64,000 nt of DNA from NCBI RefSeq assembly GCF_035543475.1, contig NZ_DATKKA010000010.1, positions 7,363-71,362 of the forward strand, read 5' to 3'. Made by a program: the position numbers and the translations under genes. The notes beneath the pieces are model-generated. The model worked only from the letters and a program-made list of their open reading frames with translations. It had not been told where the DNA came from and did not search any database. Positions 10,024 through 19,347 of the stretch are shown one piece after another. The first letter of the stretch is position 1, and the number at the start of each line of letters is the position of its first letter. The stretch is from Methanoregula sp. GTDB taxonomy: Archaea; Halobacteriota; Methanomicrobia; Methanomicrobiales; Methanospirillaceae.

Positions 10024-10249
10024 TTCCGGGACACCAGCCCAGATGACTATTCTTTTTCAGGATTTTAATATATCTGCGAATACGGGACCGGGAATCCGGG
10101 ACGCGTTCATCTTCCCCCTGGTGGGGGAGGTCTCTGTACCCGGGTTCCACAATTATCCTGCTCTCCATCATCACCCATTTTTACATCTAAAAAGAGAGAA
10201 GATATACGCCATAAAAACGGCTCCCGGAGGACGGCAAACCCCGGGAGGT

Positions 10250-10780
10250 TCAGCTGATCCGGTACCCACGCCCGATCAGAAACTGCTGACGGCGTTTTTC
10301 AGCATCCACAGAGGATTCCGGGATACACTGTTCCGCTTCTCCCCATACCTCCCGAAGCATTTGATCATCTGAATGGAGGTGGAGTGTACCGGTCACAACT
10401 CCCACGGCATTACCATTCCGGTCCGCGATCCGCATAACGATACAGCGGTAAAATTTGCACTGGGCCGGGCTGTCGTTGTGAATGGTGCACCGCAGGAGAT
10501 CACCATCCGGGCGGAGAAACCGGCAAGCATGGGGGTGGCTCTCGGGAAATGAATGGTCCACGAAGATCTCCCGTTTGTCCTCATCAACGCAGGCAGTAAA
10601 TTCCGTTCCGCTGGACACCGATTCGCAGGCAAACTCAAAGGGACCTGTCTGCCTGTTGATAACAATATAATCGCCCAGGTACATGCAGCAGGTTCCACAC
10701 TGCCTGCAGGTAAATGTCACTGCCATCGCCCCAATCGGCAATTGGATCTCTTCAGAATGATGGTGATCATATCCTGTCAC
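10250..10780 (-). CDS. YkgJ/UPF0153-type cysteine-cluster protein
   Basis: CRQCGTCC (CxxCxxCC) motif plus distal Cys residues. Confidence 0.8.
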   Translation of the reverse strand: MTGYDHHHSEEIQLPIGAMAVTFTCRQCGTCCMYLGDYIVINRQTGPFEFACESVSSGTEFTACVDEDKREIFVDHSFPESHPHACRFLRPDGDLLRCTIHNDSPAQCKFYRCIVMRIADRNGNAVGVVTGTLHLHSDDQMLREVWGEAEQCIPESSVDAEKRRQQFLIGRGYRIS

Positions 10781-10810
10781 CTGATAATTTTACCATGCAT
10801 TTCCTGGAAT

Positions 10811-11446
10811 TTACTGGATTTTCCCGGCTGCGGTCTGGGCCAGGCTTTTAAGGGCTTCGAAATCAGTTGTGGTCCCGCTCATGGTCAGTTCTTCATATAC
10901 GTCCTTTTTTGTAAAGAGGATACCATAGGTAACAGATGAGAGGGGGCCCTGCGTTTCGGTTTTGCGGTATGCATAGGTATGATCACCCATATTAGGGCAG
11001 GGAAGTTCGTAGATCTGATCAATTCCAGTTGCCTGTCCGGTGATTGCATCCTCATGGATATTAAATACCGTGTTCATATTTATCGGGGTGAAGATTTCGA
11101 TCACCTGGCTGACTTCGGTCATATCATATTGCTGCTCGTTGAATCGGTAATACGTAACCTTATACCCTGCTCTCCACCCAAGGTTCAGCGAGATCTGATC
11201 CATTTCGGGATAGGTGATATCAGACCGGTCCTTGAGGATGTAATCAGAAGGCAAATCAGAGGGTTGAAGTGCCATCTGCGAGACCGGAATTGTCGAAGAC
11301 GGACTGCTCGTGGTCGGGACTGGTGCCGGCGTCGGAGTGGGGGTTAATGTACCCCCGGGTGGAGACGGAAAAATGGTCGACAGACAGCCTGCACTCATCA
11401 GAATCACGAAAAGGAAAAGCCCGAGGATTCCGTACCCCCGCTCCAT
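10811..11446 (-). CDS. secreted or lipid-anchored hypothetical protein
   Basis: Signal peptide ending in a lipobox-like SAGC, followed by a Pro/Thr-rich linker. Confidence 0.7.
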   Translation of the reverse strand: MERGYGILGLFLFVILMSAGCLSTIFPSPPGGTLTPTPTPAPVPTTSSPSSTIPVSQMALQPSDLPSDYILKDRSDITYPEMDQISLNLGWRAGYKVTYYRFNEQQYDMTEVSQVIEIFTPINMNTVFNIHEDAITGQATGIDQIYELPCPNMGDHTYAYRKTETQGPLSSVTYGILFTKKDVYEELTMSGTTTDFEALKSLAQTAAGKIQ

Positions 11447-11639
11447 GAGAAACTATTGTCCAGACCAGATAATATGCTTGCCGGAAGAAATCCTTTCGCC
11501 AGAGAAGGATACGGAATGTGGCAGGAGACATGAAAGGATCCCCCAAGGGTAAGATTTCAGGGATGAGGAATACATACCGACAAATATCTTTTTCATGGCA
11601 TACATCCCACCGTTGCGTATTGAAGGAGGGAGATGCAGA

Positions 11640-13058
11640 ATGGATGATCCAGAACTCCAGGGTGACGAGCGGATCCTCATCCGGACCCAGGCGGTCCATG
11701 TAAAGTCGATCTCATTTGAGGCAATCCTTACCAACAAGCGCATTATCCTTGTTGACCGGCTGAAAAATGTACTGCCGCCCAAGGAGATCCCGCTTACCAC
11801 CGTCCAGTCCATTGAACCGGGAGAAAATGCAATCCGGGAGCTGACCATTATCCTGGGAGTTGTGACCAAATCCGGAGGAACAAGGCAGATGGTGCTGACC
11901 TTCTCCCGGGAAGGAGGCGGGAATCGGAGCAAAGAGCGGGATGAATGGGTCCGTCAGATTAAGGCGTCTCTTACTCCCTCGTTCGAGCAGGTAATCCGAA
12001 AGGTTATTCCGGGCATGGAACCCCAGCAACCCATGCCGGAAAGGACTGTACCGGAACGGACTCCGGCTTCGGTACCTACGTCCCGTACCGCAGAGTTTTC
12101 CCCCGCGCCCAAAAAGATTGTGAAAACCCAGCCCGAACCATGGCAACCCCCGGCTCCCGAGCCGGATACCGGATCCATTCTCGGTACCTACTGCACCCGG
12201 TGCGGAACCAAAGTTCCAGAAGGATCCGGTTTCTGTACCCGCTGCGGAGCCCCGATCACTGCTGCGGGCGAAGCCCCCCTTGCACCTCCGTCCGCCCCAT
12301 TCTCACCAGAACCGGTAACGATTCCACGAGGGGCGGCCCCGGCGGCGAGGCCCACACCTGAAGTGATCCTCCCGGAATTCCCTGTAATAGGCACACCGGA
12401 ACCGGTCATTCATGAACCGGCGGCGATAAAAGCCTCGTCTCCTGATGTTCCCCCGGCAAAGAGACATTTTATTCCAAAACTCTTCTCTCCAAAAGATTTG
12501 CCACCCACGCCGCTTGTTCCCTCTTCCATGCCCACGGCAGCTCCACCCCTGCCCAAAAAACCCTCAAACCGGAAAAAGATCCTGCTCGTGGCCGGCATCA
12601 TTGTGATCATCCTTATCGCGGTCGCCGCCGTGGTTGTTGTCCTCCCAAAACTGGGAAGTGGCGGGACCCACAGTTCCGCAGGAGCCGGGAGCGTCACGCC
12701 CACGACCGCATTACCGGTCACCACGGTGACAACGGGCGCAGGTGCAACGCCCACGATTGTGATTGCCACGCAGACCCCCGCATCCGTGCCGGCCACAGGG
12801 GTGGCCATTAGTGTCAGCTACATCGGCGGATTCAATGGCACATATACGGCGGGTGGCGATACCACGCCGGTTACCGGTTCGGGATCCAGGGTTTATGAGA
12901 TCGGTAACGTCACCGGTTCCGTTACCGCAGTATTCCAGAAAACGGACGGGACAACCACCCACCCCCTGACCGTGGGAATCTACGAGAACGGCAGGCAACT
13001 TTCCGTCAGTAACACAAGCGCGGCCTATGGGAAAGTCACTGTCACGGCCTCCGCGTAA
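11640..13058 (+). CDS. membrane protein with PH/GRAM-like N-domain, zinc ribbon, one TM helix and an extracellular Thr-rich domain
   Basis: The ATG at 11640 is preceded by GGAGGG. Contains a CxxC-x10-CxxC zinc ribbon (YCTRCGTKVPEGSGFCTRCG) and a TM helix (ILLVAGIIVIILIAVAAVVVVL). Confidence 0.75.
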   Translation: MDDPELQGDERILIRTQAVHVKSISFEAILTNKRIILVDRLKNVLPPKEIPLTTVQSIEPGENAIRELTIILGVVTKSGGTRQMVLTFSREGGGNRSKERDEWVRQIKASLTPSFEQVIRKVIPGMEPQQPMPERTVPERTPASVPTSRTAEFSPAPKKIVKTQPEPWQPPAPEPDTGSILGTYCTRCGTKVPEGSGFCTRCGAPITAAGEAPLAPPSAPFSPEPVTIPRGAAPAARPTPEVILPEFPVIGTPEPVIHEPAAIKASSPDVPPAKRHFIPKLFSPKDLPPTPLVPSSMPTAAPPLPKKPSNRKKILLVAGIIVIILIAVAAVVVVLPKLGSGGTHSSAGAGSVTPTTALPVTTVTTGAGATPTIVIATQTPASVPATGVAISVSYIGGFNGTYTAGGDTTPVTGSGSRVYEIGNVTGSVTAVFQKTDGTTTHPLTVGIYENGRQLSVSNTSAAYGKVTVTASA

Positions 13059-13133
13059 CCGGCCCGGTTTTCCCCTTTTTTCATGGTGCAACTGTTAAGA
13101 GGTTCGTGATCCATAGTTGTGGGTGAAGAGATT

Positions 13134-13736
13134 ATGACTGACACCACCAAACCTCCGGCTCCTGAAGGGGCCGAGGATCTGGAGCGGCAGGGGATCGAAG
13201 TCCTGATCAGCACCCTGAAGAACAATGCTGATCCCGCCGTCAGGCGATATGCTGCATTTCTTCTTGGCAATGCCCGGACACACCATGCCATCAGGCCCCT
13301 GATCGAAGCGCTCGGGGATCTGGACAAATCCGTCCGGGAGCAGGCCATGCTTGCTCTCGTTGCAACCGGCAAAGCCACAATCGAACCCCTTTCTGTTGCA
13401 ATGAAAGATCCTAAGTGGGAGACACGTTACCGTGCCGCTGAAGCACTGGGCAGGCTCGCTGATGAGAACGCCGTAAAGCCCCTTATCCGGGGGCTCCAGG
13501 ACAGCCGCGATCATGTACGGTACATGGCGGCAAAGGGGCTGACCGGTCTTGGTGATTCGACGGCAATCGATCCCCTGATCATCCTCTTAAAGGACGAAAA
13601 TCCGGTTGTCAGGATGATGACCATAAAGGCACTCTCCGCCATCGGAGGAACGAAGGCCCGCCAGGCAATTACTGAGGCTATGGCCGGAGAAAAAGACGAG
13701 CATGTCCGGAAGGCAATGACAGAAGCACTGCGGTAA
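13134..13736 (+). CDS. HEAT (PBS-lyase type) repeat protein
   Basis: Repeated D..VR..AA.ALG..GD..A...L units. The ATG at 13134 follows GGTGA; the listed ORF starts at a GTG at 13119. Confidence 0.8.
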   Translation: MTDTTKPPAPEGAEDLERQGIEVLISTLKNNADPAVRRYAAFLLGNARTHHAIRPLIEALGDLDKSVREQAMLALVATGKATIEPLSVAMKDPKWETRYRAAEALGRLADENAVKPLIRGLQDSRDHVRYMAAKGLTGLGDSTAIDPLIILLKDENPVVRMMTIKALSAIGGTKARQAITEAMAGEKDEHVRKAMTEALR

Positions 13737-13949
13737 GTTGCCAGGTGGATCCCGTTTTCTGTCCCTTCCGGAAGTAAGGCAGAATGAGAGACGCATTGTC
13801 GTTAAGAGGGTTTTCTGACCGGGGAAATACCATTTTTATTGATTCTCCAATCAAAAGATCATTTCCGTATCTTTATCATTAACTTGAGAGCGATTCATAA
13901 GATGACATACATTAGTGCTCTGTGCTAGCAGTGTTCATGGTGATGCAGC

Positions 13950-16097
13950 ATGGGAACCAGCAATCCAGTACCCGGGAGTACTCACTCCTTCTCACGATCT
14001 TTGCTCATCATAATGTTGATCCTTGTTCTCTTTCTTGTAGGTCTCATGACCGTTTACGATTATATCAATCTCAAGAGCAGTATCGATACTGAATTTTCAA
14101 CACTGCAGAACCAGACTGAAGACAGCATTGCTGCCGCATTGCGGATGGACGATTCGGCAACAACTGTGCTGGACGACCAGCTCAACGATCAGATGATAAA
14201 AGGATTCGATGTTCTCTTCGCCGAGTACAACCGCACCCGCGGGAACCCGGCGGCAATGAATCTTTCCCTCGTGCAGGGAGAACTGGGAAGCGGGTACGAT
14301 ATTTATATCATTAACCAGTCCGGTGTTATTGTCTATACCACCTATCCCCCGGAACAGGGTGAGGATTTCCGGAGCATACCCTATTTTTACAGTTATCTTA
14401 CGACCGTCAGGCAGTCCCAGGGTTTCTTCCCGGATCGTGTCGTGAGGGATATTGCCGATGGAAGATTCATGAAGTATGCCTATGAACCTACCCCGGATCA
14501 CCAGTATATCATGGAGCTGGGTTACTCGCCTTCTGATTTAAACACCACGTACCTCAGGCTTGACGATATGAGTAATATCGCGAGATCGGTATCATTTAAT
14601 CCCTTCATCGTGAACTACCAGGTATTCGACACCCTGGGACGGACCACTGAGGATAACATTCTACCGGACAACACCACGGAAGCAGATATCAAACAGGTGA
14701 TAGCTCTCCAGACAACCCTCCAGACCATGAACCCGGTTAACCATACGGAAACACGGTATCTCTTTGTCAATCTCAAAAATCCCCGCTATGGTTCTGACAT
14801 GAGCAGGATCGTGGAGCTCACCTATGACACCGGCCGGGTCCAGGATGAGCTCAACCATCTTCTCTTTGTCCACTTGGTCTTCGGGTGCTGTGCGCTTGTA
14901 ATCGGTTGTCTTCTTGCCTATATCTTCTCCCGAAGGATGACCCGCCCGATAGAAAACATTGCACATGACGCGGATATCATTGCCGGAGGGAACTTCGAAC
15001 ACCGTATCGGCACGACGGATGCCCGCGAATTTGTCACTCTTGAAAAAAGCATCAACACGATGGTTGACTCGCTCAAGTCTGCCATCCAGCGACTGGATGA
15101 CGAAGAGATCTTCCACCGGGATCTCATCGATCAGTTACCGGTAGGAATCTTTCTTAAAAAATCGGAGACAGGTACCTATGTATTCTGGAACCGTGCCAGC
15201 GAGGAGATATTCGAACGGCCGGCAAAAGAGGTAATCGGAAAGAGAGACGAGGAGATATTCACTCCGGCTATGGCGGAGCAGATCCGTAAGGAGGATAGCG
15301 ATGCACTGGCATCCCGGGTAGAGATCAGGTATAAAAAGATCACATCAAAGACCCGGGGAGAACGCGTTATCCATATGATCATCGTCCCGATCTACGATTC
15401 GAAGCGATCGGTACGGTACATGCTTGGCATAGCAGAAGATGTCACCGATGAAGCGGTCACCATCAAAAGAGACCTGATCTTCTCAATCACCAGAAGTGAC
15501 ATCCTGGATCAGCTGGCAGTCATCATGACGTACCTTGAACGGGCCCAGCTCAAAACCACGCATGAAGAGATGCAGATGTTCTTTGACAAGACGATCGGAT
15601 CGGTGGAGTCTATCAAGAATCAGATTGCGTACGAACGGGCTCTCCAGAACCCCGGTGTTATAGCACCCCGGTGGCAGTCCGTAAACCAGGCGTTTGCCGA
15701 AGCAATCCAGATGCTTCCCGAACATGAGGTCGATATCACCACCGGTGTCGGGGATCTCGAGATCTTTGCCGACCCCCTGCTCCCGCGGATCTTCTTCAGC
15801 CTCCTCTCATTGTCGTTCCGGCATGGTGGGGCGGCACTCTCCACGATCCGGATGACAACCCACCAGAGCCATGACTCCCTTATCCTCGTCTACGAGGATG
15901 ACAGCGGGGGTATTCCTGCAGGGGAGAAAGAGCGGATCTTCGAATTCGGATACAGCGAGGACAATATGGTCAGTCTCTTCCTGATCCGGGAGTTACTCGG
16001 ATTTACCGGGATTGCCATCGCTGAAACGGGAGAACCGGGACAGGGCGTGCGCTTTGAAATTGTCGTCCCGAAAGGGCGATACCGGAATAAAAAATAG
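13950..16097 (+). CDS. membrane sensor protein (extracellular domain, HAMP, PAS, kinase-like core)
   Basis: 715 aa with two TM helices flanking a periplasmic-type domain, then HAMP, PAS and a C-terminal HATPase-like region (VYEDDSGGIP...GQGVRFEIVVP). The H-box position reads TRSDILDQL. Confidence 0.85.
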   Translation: MGTSNPVPGSTHSFSRSLLIIMLILVLFLVGLMTVYDYINLKSSIDTEFSTLQNQTEDSIAAALRMDDSATTVLDDQLNDQMIKGFDVLFAEYNRTRGNPAAMNLSLVQGELGSGYDIYIINQSGVIVYTTYPPEQGEDFRSIPYFYSYLTTVRQSQGFFPDRVVRDIADGRFMKYAYEPTPDHQYIMELGYSPSDLNTTYLRLDDMSNIARSVSFNPFIVNYQVFDTLGRTTEDNILPDNTTEADIKQVIALQTTLQTMNPVNHTETRYLFVNLKNPRYGSDMSRIVELTYDTGRVQDELNHLLFVHLVFGCCALVIGCLLAYIFSRRMTRPIENIAHDADIIAGGNFEHRIGTTDAREFVTLEKSINTMVDSLKSAIQRLDDEEIFHRDLIDQLPVGIFLKKSETGTYVFWNRASEEIFERPAKEVIGKRDEEIFTPAMAEQIRKEDSDALASRVEIRYKKITSKTRGERVIHMIIVPIYDSKRSVRYMLGIAEDVTDEAVTIKRDLIFSITRSDILDQLAVIMTYLERAQLKTTHEEMQMFFDKTIGSVESIKNQIAYERALQNPGVIAPRWQSVNQAFAEAIQMLPEHEVDITTGVGDLEIFADPLLPRIFFSLLSLSFRHGGAALSTIRMTTHQSHDSLILVYEDDSGGIPAGEKERIFEFGYSEDNMVSLFLIRELLGFTGIAIAETGEPGQGVRFEIVVPKGRYRNKK

Positions 16098-16207
16098 ATG
16101 GTTATGATGATACGCCCCGGGTAAAGAGGGGGGGTAGTATCGAGGAATACGCAACCCGTGAAGAGAATGCCTATCCCCGTTGAGATCAGGTAACACAAAA
16201 ACGAGGG

Positions 16208-18196
16208 TTACCGGATCTTCGTGCCGGGCTCCACCGGGTTTTCCGGCCGGAGCAGGGATGCGGAATCCCCGGCCGCGAGGATCATACCATTGCTCTCTAC
16301 CCCAAAGATCTTTGCCGGTGCGAGGTTGGTCAGGACAACAACCTCCTTTCCCACCAGATTCTCAGGTTTATAGAACTGGGCGATACCGCTGACGATCTGC
16401 CGGATCTCGCCTCCGACATCCACCCTGAGTTTTAAGAGTTTGCTTGATTTGGGAATTGCCTCGGCGGCAAGTATCTTCCCGGTCTTCATCTCTACTTTGC
16501 CGAAATCCTCGATCGAAATTAACGGTACCTTCTCCATCTTTTTATTCGCCTCCGCAACGCGACGCTGGAGAACAGCATCCAGCTCCGCAATCTGTTTCTC
16601 CTCAAGCCGCCCAAAGAGCGGGACCGGGGCCGCAAGTGTGCGGTCCGGCACCGGGCCGGGTGCCTCGTTGATACGGTGCGAGGCCACACGATCCGTGTAT
16701 CCCAGCTGCGTCCAGCACTCCTGCGCCTGTACGGGCATTACCGGCTCGATGAGGAGGGCAAGGGCTTTTACAATCTGGATGCAGTTCCTGATCACCTGGG
16801 CGGCCGCTGCGCGATCGGTCTTAACCAGTTTCCACGGCGCCTGCGTCTGGATGTATGTGTTCCCGAAAGCGGCAAGAGCCATGACGGTATCCACGGCCCC
16901 CTTGAATTCATACTCTTTCATCTGGCGGTCAACGCCGGTAAGACACTTTTCGATCTCTGCCGTGATAGAGGGATCAACCGTCCCGGGAGGGATCCCCCCG
17001 AACTCCTTGTGGGCAAAGAAGAGAGAACGGTAGATAAAGTTCCCGAGAATGTTGACGACCTCGTTGTTAATACGTTCGCCAAAGACCTTCCACGAGAAAT
17101 TCAGCTCCTTGGTGTGGCTGGTATACGCGAGCAGGTAGTACCGGAGGTAATCAGGGGAAAGGCCCTTGTCCAGATAATCCTCGTTGGTCCAGACCACGTA
17201 CCCCCGGGACTTCGAGAACTTGTGGTCATCGACCTTGACCATCCCGCTTGCTACCACAGCATAGGGTTCACCATACCCGGCGCCTTTCAGGAGCCCCGGC
17301 CAGAAAATGCAGTGGTGATAGATAATATCCCCGCCGATGAAGTGGGTGACCCGGTTTTCATTGCACCAGTACTTCTTCCAGTCTTTCCCGGCTTTGGCCG
17401 CCCACTCTTCGGTAAACGCAATATAACCGATCGGTGCATCGACCCAGACATACACGACGAGATCGTCCCGGTCCGGAAATTTCACGCCCCATTCAAGCGT
17501 GCGGGTGATACACCAGTCATGCAACTCATCCCGGATCCAGCCGATTGCATAGTTTTTTGCGTTGCTTGTACCCCGCAGCTTGTCAAGGAAGGGAAGAAGG
17601 TATTCCTTGAACGCTGAAAGCCGGAAGAAATAATGCTCCTGGTCCCGGAACTCCGCCTTTGTCCCGCAGACCTTGCAGACCGGGTCCTTGATCTCGCCCG
17701 GTTCGAGGTGCTTGCCGCACCCCTGGTCGCATTCGTCCCCCCGCGCCTGCTTGCCGCAGTACGGGCAGGTACCTTCGACGTACCGGTCCGGGAGGAAGCG
17801 TTTGCAGGTGGGGCAATACGCCTGGTGAACGACCTGTTTGTAGATATAACCGTTCTTTTCCAGGTTTGCCACAATCGCCCTTGTCCGGTGGTGATTAGCC
17901 GGGTTATCTGTCATACCGAAGTGATCGAATTCCACTCCTATCCGTCTGAACGTCTCATCGAAATGCCGGTGGTACTGCTCGGAGAGCGCCCGGGGGGAGA
18001 TCCCCCTCTCCTCGGCAGAGACCACGATGGGCGTCCCATGGTTGTCAGAACCTGAAACAAAGACAACTTCTTCACCGGTCCGCCGCATGTAGCGGACGTA
18101 ACAGTCGGCAGGGACGTACGTTCGCAGATGCCCGAGGTGGCAGGGCCCATTGGTGTAAGGGAGCCCGCAGGTGACCAGCAGCGGTGGTTGAGTCAT
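16208..18196 (-). CDS. metG: methionyl-tRNA synthetase with C-terminal tRNA-binding (EMAP/Trbp111-like) domain
   Basis: HIGH-type motif (PCHLGHL), KMSKS-type motif (KFSKSRG) and zinc knuckles (CPTC.., CPYCG). Confidence 0.95.
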   Translation of the reverse strand: MTQPPLLVTCGLPYTNGPCHLGHLRTYVPADCYVRYMRRTGEEVVFVSGSDNHGTPIVVSAEERGISPRALSEQYHRHFDETFRRIGVEFDHFGMTDNPANHHRTRAIVANLEKNGYIYKQVVHQAYCPTCKRFLPDRYVEGTCPYCGKQARGDECDQGCGKHLEPGEIKDPVCKVCGTKAEFRDQEHYFFRLSAFKEYLLPFLDKLRGTSNAKNYAIGWIRDELHDWCITRTLEWGVKFPDRDDLVVYVWVDAPIGYIAFTEEWAAKAGKDWKKYWCNENRVTHFIGGDIIYHHCIFWPGLLKGAGYGEPYAVVASGMVKVDDHKFSKSRGYVVWTNEDYLDKGLSPDYLRYYLLAYTSHTKELNFSWKVFGERINNEVVNILGNFIYRSLFFAHKEFGGIPPGTVDPSITAEIEKCLTGVDRQMKEYEFKGAVDTVMALAAFGNTYIQTQAPWKLVKTDRAAAAQVIRNCIQIVKALALLIEPVMPVQAQECWTQLGYTDRVASHRINEAPGPVPDRTLAAPVPLFGRLEEKQIAELDAVLQRRVAEANKKMEKVPLISIEDFGKVEMKTGKILAAEAIPKSSKLLKLRVDVGGEIRQIVSGIAQFYKPENLVGKEVVVLTNLAPAKIFGVESNGMILAAGDSASLLRPENPVEPGTKIR

Positions 18197-18239
18197 TGAA
18201 GGTACTTTTTAGCATGCGATAGGTAATAATTCATGTACC

Positions 18240-19037
18240 ATGCCAAAGATGGTACCACTTCCCACCCGGGCGCTTGGAGCCGAACCCGGCATCCCGGATC
18301 GCGATGCTCTCGCTGCATGGATAGCCGACCATCGGGGAATGGCTGCTGATCTTTTTGCATACCGGCTCGATGTATCGCTTGTCCAGGAAATATCTGCCGG
18401 GATTACTTCTCCCTGTGGCGGAGGTCTCTTCTGCCGGGATCGGGTTCGCGAAAGTCTTGCCGGCCTGAACACGGCCCGGGATACGGTTACCGGTGACCTG
18501 CATACGGATACGGAATTCCTTGTTCAGGATGCAAGATCGCTTACCGCACAGAAAAAAGAGGCCTGGTGTGCACTTCCGGCTCCCTGCTCACTGGGGATCA
18601 CCGACAGATATTACGGCGATGATGACGAGTGGCACGACGCGATCACCGCAGCCTACCGCACTCTGATGCGGGCGATGCGGGACGAGGGGATTGGGGGGCA
18701 TGTGCTTATCTGTGACCGCGTGGATGAACAGGAGATCTCCCGGCTGGCCGGAAAGAAGGTCCTCTTTTTTGCTCCGGCACCCAAAGAGAAGGACCTGATA
18801 CCGCTGCTGGAATACCAGCGCCAGGCAGCTGTCAGCCCGAAGATGCTCGATAAGGCCCTGGATCTCGCAAACGAGTATGAGGTCCACCGTTGGATCGTGA
18901 TGGACCCCGACGAGGAAGATGTACGGCTTCTATTATCCCATGTTGATCCGGACCAGGTGATTGTCGGAGGGTACTGTACAGCGGAATGCGACGCCTACTG
19001 GTCCCATCTTGTGGAGCATGCGGTATACAGCAAATGA
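18240..19037 (+). CDS. hypothetical protein
   Basis: 265-aa ORF divergent from metG. I recognise no motif. Coding status is inferred from its length and non-overlap with neighbours. Confidence 0.6.
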   Translation: MPKMVPLPTRALGAEPGIPDRDALAAWIADHRGMAADLFAYRLDVSLVQEISAGITSPCGGGLFCRDRVRESLAGLNTARDTVTGDLHTDTEFLVQDARSLTAQKKEAWCALPAPCSLGITDRYYGDDDEWHDAITAAYRTLMRAMRDEGIGGHVLICDRVDEQEISRLAGKKVLFFAPAPKEKDLIPLLEYQRQAAVSPKMLDKALDLANEYEVHRWIVMDPDEEDVRLLLSHVDPDQVIVGGYCTAECDAYWSHLVEHAVYSK

Positions 19038-19347
19038 TATCTCCCGGTGTTGCACAGGGAGAAAATGACAGAACCATCCGCAAAAAAAATACCTGCATAT
19101 GCATTCCTTTAAGATCATTATTTTACCCGGTGACCAGGTCATACGTGGACCCATCGTATCTGGCCGGCTGCCGTTCCCCCCGGTGAATCTCATGCCTGCC
19201 AGCAGGGTATACAGCCTCCTCACGGGATGACCGGGGGAGCAAACATTAATAACAGGAGATAAAAGCAATGGTACAATGGACAGATGGTGCATATAAAAAG
19301 CGACCGTCTCATCTCGTCCCCGGGAAAAACGGTATCGGAGACCCTGC

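Noticed and set aside
10111-10130. CTTCCCCC-TGGT-GGGGGAGG hairpin between the ykgJ-like and TPR genes, considered as a terminator
   Set aside because: No oligo-T tract follows on either strand. It is noted only as another member of the G5/C5 hairpin theme.
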